DNA of 64,000 nucleotides from Pseudomonadota bacterium (GTDB lineage Bacteria; Pseudomonadota; Gammaproteobacteria; DASZBR01): NCBI GenBank assembly GCA_021777765.1, contig JAJYDF010000001.1, positions 170,495 to 234,494 of the forward strand, read 5' to 3'. Shown piece by piece: positions 60,801 to 64,000 of this stretch (position 1 is its first letter; each line of letters starts with the position of its first letter). The notes under the pieces were generated by a model. It saw only the letters and a program-made list of their open reading frames with translations, ran no database searches and was not told where the DNA came from. The position numbers and the translations under genes were made by a program.

Positions 60801-62159
60801 TTATGTGCCTTTTCGTAGATAATATTTTTTTCGAGGATCTTGCGGGCTACTACCTATTTCAGAGACTAATCCTTTTGCAATTAGTGTTAATAATCTTGTG
60901 CGCGCAGCTCTTGGTGATATGCCAATTTGATGAGCAATCATGGTTGTCGAATGCCCTTTATCTTTTTGCAATAAATTGAGAATTTGCTTTTCTATTTCAT
61001 CAAGAGTTGGTTTATTGACTTGTTCTGTATAAAGAGTAACTCTAAAATGTGCCCCAATTTCTTCAAATAGAGGGGGTTTTAATCCTGCATTTTCGCAAGA
61101 TTCTATAATACGTCTAATTCCGCTACCCCAACGCTCAATTAATTTTAGTTCATTTAATATTCTTGCTATAACAGGATTTCTTAATTTGGATATTCCTCGA
61201 TATAAATCATCGAGAGTTAAGTTGAAAGGAATTAAACCAGGATTTTCAATTTCGATTTTATCATCATATATAGCAATGCGTATTGGCGATCCTTTTTGCG
61301 AATAGTCTGAGTGGGCTATGGCATTTATTATTGTTTCTCTCACTGCAATTTGTGGGATTTTCCATTCATCCACTCTTTCTGTTTTTGTAATTTTAATAGA
61401 ACTAAATAGATGTTTTTCAATAAATGCTATTGCTTCTTTTATTGCTAGTACAGGATAAGAATGAATTTCTATTGATTCAGTGATATTTGTTTTTGTTTTG
61501 CCTGAAAATCTGCCTGCATGTATCCAGGCGTTAGGGAAATATTTATTTCTCTTTATACCAAATAATATTATTCCAGCATTTGTTGGTACTAATCTATTTT
61601 GATAATTGGTGACTAAAGTAAGTGTCTCCAGATCGGATTTCTTTAATTTACGAAAATCTGCAAATAACTCTGTAGCTACTTTAAAGTCTATTGAATTAAT
61701 ATCTAATTCAGGAAATGGTTGTTCGTCAAATGATTCTCCTCGAGACATACGACGTAATTCATCAATGAGATTACTATCAGCAACGCGGTTACTGGAGCCA
61801 ATTCTGACATATACCCCTTTAGAGAAGCCAACGCTTTTTAAGAAATGTGGACGAGAGGAGCTCGGATATATTTCGATTGCAACGAGATATGTATTTCTCC
61901 ATGGTATTATTTCAATGTTAGGGATTAATTTGGGATGAATATTATCACTGATTAAATTTGATATTCTTTCTTCTAATTGTAAAGGTGTTTGTATTCCTCT
62001 TACATGATGATTACCATCATCGACACCGATTATTATTAGCCCACCTGCTGTATTTGCGAAGGAGATGACAGTTTTCAACATTCCATCGGGCGATGATAAA
62101 TCTCGTTTAAATTCGAGATTTTTACTTTCCGGTTTTTTTAAGATTTCAAGTATGTCCAT
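60801..62159 (-). CDS. Putative ATP-dependent DNA-binding regulator (AlbA_2/Schlafen-like N-domain + HATPase_c_4 + C-terminal wHTH)
   Basis: N-terminal …FKRDL…ISFANTAGGLIIIGVDD… typical of the divergent-AAA/AlbA_2 domain; architecture of the family usually annotated as RecG-C-terminal-like transcriptional regulator. Confidence 0.6.
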   Translation of the reverse strand: MDILEILKKPESKNLEFKRDLSSPDGMLKTVISFANTAGGLIIIGVDDGNHHVRGIQTPLQLEERISNLISDNIHPKLIPNIEIIPWRNTYLVAIEIYPSSSRPHFLKSVGFSKGVYVRIGSSNRVADSNLIDELRRMSRGESFDEQPFPELDINSIDFKVATELFADFRKLKKSDLETLTLVTNYQNRLVPTNAGIILFGIKRNKYFPNAWIHAGRFSGKTKTNITESIEIHSYPVLAIKEAIAFIEKHLFSSIKITKTERVDEWKIPQIAVRETIINAIAHSDYSQKGSPIRIAIYDDKIEIENPGLIPFNLTLDDLYRGISKLRNPVIARILNELKLIERWGSGIRRIIESCENAGLKPPLFEEIGAHFRVTLYTEQVNKPTLDEIEKQILNLLQKDKGHSTTMIAHQIGISPRAARTRLLTLIAKGLVSEIGSSPQDPRKKYYLRKGT

Positions 62160-62160
62160 A

Positions 62161-62486
62161 ACTCTGCATTTTACTCTGAAGCAAATTAAATAGCTATAGC
62201 TTCAGAGTAGATTGCAGAGTAATTAATGTCAATGAAATAAACAATCACTCCTATGTTGAAGCAACTCATACTCTGAAATGAACTCTGAAGTAACTCTGAA
62301 GTTGTGTGCTTCAGAGTAGAATGCAGAGTACGTATTTGAATGGCCAAAATGAGGCATCATATTATGTGTTGCTTACTTACTATTTTATCTGATTTTCTCG
62401 AAAAATGCTGTGTTTTAGCCAAATGTACTCTGAAATTTACTCTGAAGTAACTCTGAAGTAAACTGCTTCAGAGTACATCGTAGAGG
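62161..62486. repeat. Three copies of a ~60-bp palindromic repeat built from ACTCTGAAG words (62161-62220, 62269-62330, 62426-62486)
   Basis: e.g. tactctgaaatgaactctgaagtaactctgaag-ttgtgt-gcttcagagtagaatgcagagta. Confidence 0.8.
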
Positions 62487-62500
62487 CTCGCTCATTAGAA

Positions 62501-62779
62501 TTAATTACGATCCTCCAAGATCATTTCTGATGCAGATTTACCTTTGACTTTAGATGGATTACGTAGACCTTTGGGTTTTTTACCATTCCATGAAATATTT
62601 TCACGACGATTTAGTCTTTCTGGGCCTGGTTTATTAGTTTTTGGTATAGCTTGTAAAATTGCTATAGGAATTTGATGTGATGTGATTAAAATTGTTGATC
62701 CGATTTGCACCTGATGTAAGTATTGTGACAAATGATTTTTAAATTGACTTACAGAAACTTGCATGATTTGATTCCTCAT
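62501..62779 (-). CDS. Phd/YefM-type antitoxin (VapB-like, basic C-terminal tail) without adjacent toxin
   Basis: MQVSVSQFKNHLSQYLHQVQIGSTILITSHQIPIAIL matches Phd/YefM fold; tail …GKKPKGLRNPSKVKGKS…ILEDR resembles toxin-binding tails of VapB antitoxins. Confidence 0.55.
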   Translation of the reverse strand: MRNQIMQVSVSQFKNHLSQYLHQVQIGSTILITSHQIPIAILQAIPKTNKPGPERLNRRENISWNGKKPKGLRNPSKVKGKSASEMILEDRN

Positions 62780-62881
62780 CTTTTGTGATCACAATTTAAT
62801 TATAATTATTGCTACTTATTTGTATTATCACTACATTTTTCAATATCTATTAAAACACGCCACTACTGTGCACAATCAAAT

Positions 62882-62945
62882 ACTACTCTGAAATCTACTC
62901 TGAAGTAACTCTGAAGCTGAGTGCTTCAGAGTAAATTGCAGAGTT
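62882..62945. repeat. Fourth copy of the ACTCTGAAG palindromic repeat
   Basis: actactctgaaatctactctgaagtaactctgaag-ctgagt-gcttcagagtaaattgcagagt. Confidence 0.8.
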
Positions 62946-62989
62946 AGGCAAATTATGATGTGAGAGTAAGAAGCGTCCGAGGTCGATGT

Positions 62990-63469
62990 TTATTTCACAG
63001 TAGGGTTCTTTTTTTCAGCCAGTAGTTTTTCTTTAGTGAGTAATAAGCGGTTTTGTTTAGTTTCTGGTTTTTTAGCATCGTCTATCCAGCGTGCATATTC
63101 ATTTCTGTTGGTGTAAGAAAGCGTATCAAAAAATTGTTTTGCTTTCGGGTTTTGATTTAATAGTGTAGTTAATTCTTGCGGTAAAGTTAGAATTCTTTCT
63201 TCAGTATCTATATCCATGACAACTTTAACTTTATCGCCTGCTGATTTATTAATTTGTTTTCTGATGGCTTGGGTGACGATTAATAAATGGGGTTTGTCTT
63301 TTTCCATGCGTGCAATCATGCCGCGATATTCAACACCATCGATGGTTGTTTTAACTTTAATATGTCCTTTTTTACCAAATTCTTTTTCTACATCAAATGG
63401 AACAATAACATAAGTCGCATCCATGTCAGGCACTTTAATTAAATCAGCGGTGAAATTTTGTATGCGCAT
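62990..63469 (-). CDS. DUF1905/DUF1801 (YdeI/OmpD-associated) family protein
   Basis: N-terminal …YVIVPFDVEKEFGKKGHIKVKTTIDGVEYRG… is the DUF1905 signature; C-terminal DUF1801-like. Confidence 0.6.
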   Translation of the reverse strand: MRIQNFTADLIKVPDMDATYVIVPFDVEKEFGKKGHIKVKTTIDGVEYRGMIARMEKDKPHLLIVTQAIRKQINKSAGDKVKVVMDIDTEERILTLPQELTTLLNQNPKAKQFFDTLSYTNRNEYARWIDDAKKPETKQNRLLLTKEKLLAEKKNPTVK

Positions 63470-63676
63470 AATATTTTCCTTCGAAAGTAATGCAAGGTTA
63501 AAGTAAATATTAAATGGTAGTAGGTTGATGTTACACTATTTTTGCACATAACGCATGAAGGTACTGAGAAAGATATGGTGAATTGTCTCATGCGTCCACT
63601 TCTAGAAAAAAGTTCAAGGTGTGCGCTAGTTTTATAAAATAGATTGATTTAAACAAATTATTTAGCGAGATATTCA

Positions 63677-64000
63677 TATGAATTATTTGATAAGAGACGC
63701 AAAATTAGGTGATGAAAAAGTATTGTATGAATTAATTTGTCAATTAGCCATTTATGAACGTAAATCTCCAGCCGAAATTGGTATTTCAACAGATAAAATT
63801 ATTGCGCATTGTTTCAGTGAAAAACCTTATTTTTACGCGAAAATTATTGAGTATGATAATGTTCCGGTAGGATACGCTATTTATTATTTTACTTATGCTG
63901 CTGCAGTAGGGGCGCCACGATTATATATAGCCGATCTCTTTATCCTGAGTGATTATCACAAAAAAGGTTTGGGAAAGGCTTTAATTAAAGAATTGGCAAA
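63677..64000 (+). CDS. GNAT family N-acetyltransferase, 5-prime part (runs off window end)
   Basis: MNYLIRDAKLGDEKVLYELI… and motif A …HKKGLGKALIKELA. Confidence 0.6.

Noticed and set aside
62161-62945. ACTCTGAAG palindromes as integron attC sites or a cassette array
   Set aside because: No GTTRRRY or RYYYAAC core sites and no integrase gene are present. Three copies are contiguous without intervening ORFs.
1-64000. tRNA, rRNA, tmRNA or other structured RNA genes
   Set aside because: Scanning intergenic regions found no cloverleaf-compatible segments or rRNA-like conserved blocks. Intergenic space is largely accounted for by repeats.

Overview
This is an AT-rich (roughly 35-38% GC by eye) gammaproteobacterial chromosome segment. 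It looks like an intracellular Legionellales/Coxiellaceae-type genome, judging from the Dot/Icm-effector-like eukaryotic-type genes, the PanG-type pantothenate locus and the pilMNOPQ/PBP1A arrangement. Conserved housekeeping genes are present: murB (3-prime end), csrA, lysC, alaS, recX, recA, a yafS-like methyltransferase, rnhA, dnaQ, pilQ, lpxH, pilPONM, mrcA, coaBC, panC, panB and a panG-like reductase. These are interrupted by accessory material. (1) Large lineage-specific ORFs resemble translocated effectors: a 980-aa protein with a SopB/IpgD-type CX5R phosphoinositide-phosphatase motif, a 610-aa eukaryotic-like Ser/Thr kinase, a 320-aa protein ending in a CaaX prenylation box, and 1114-aa and 913-aa orphan proteins. 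(2) One family of ~165-195-bp inverted-repeat (REPIN/MITE-like) elements is present in at least 14 full, half or degenerate copies, together with a REP-associated tyrosine transposase (RAYT) gene at 27022-27600. (3) A second short stem-loop repeat family has 7 copies, and a third palindromic ACTCTGAAG repeat family has 4 copies around an orphan Phd/VapB-like antitoxin. (4) Several decaying genes are present: an ORF6N gene with an in-frame TAA, a frameshifted HigA-type antitoxin, an in-frame GNAT::aldo-keto-reductase chimera, and an MFS transporter fragment. A detoxification-type cluster (AraC/GyrI, GyrI-like, DJ-1/PfpI, SDR, GNAT), an AAA-ATPase (DUF4143), an APC permease, an IagB/VirB1-like lytic transglycosylase and an O-methyltransferase complete the window. 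No rRNA, tRNA or CRISPR was detected. Coordinates of repeats were read by hand and may be off by a few bases.
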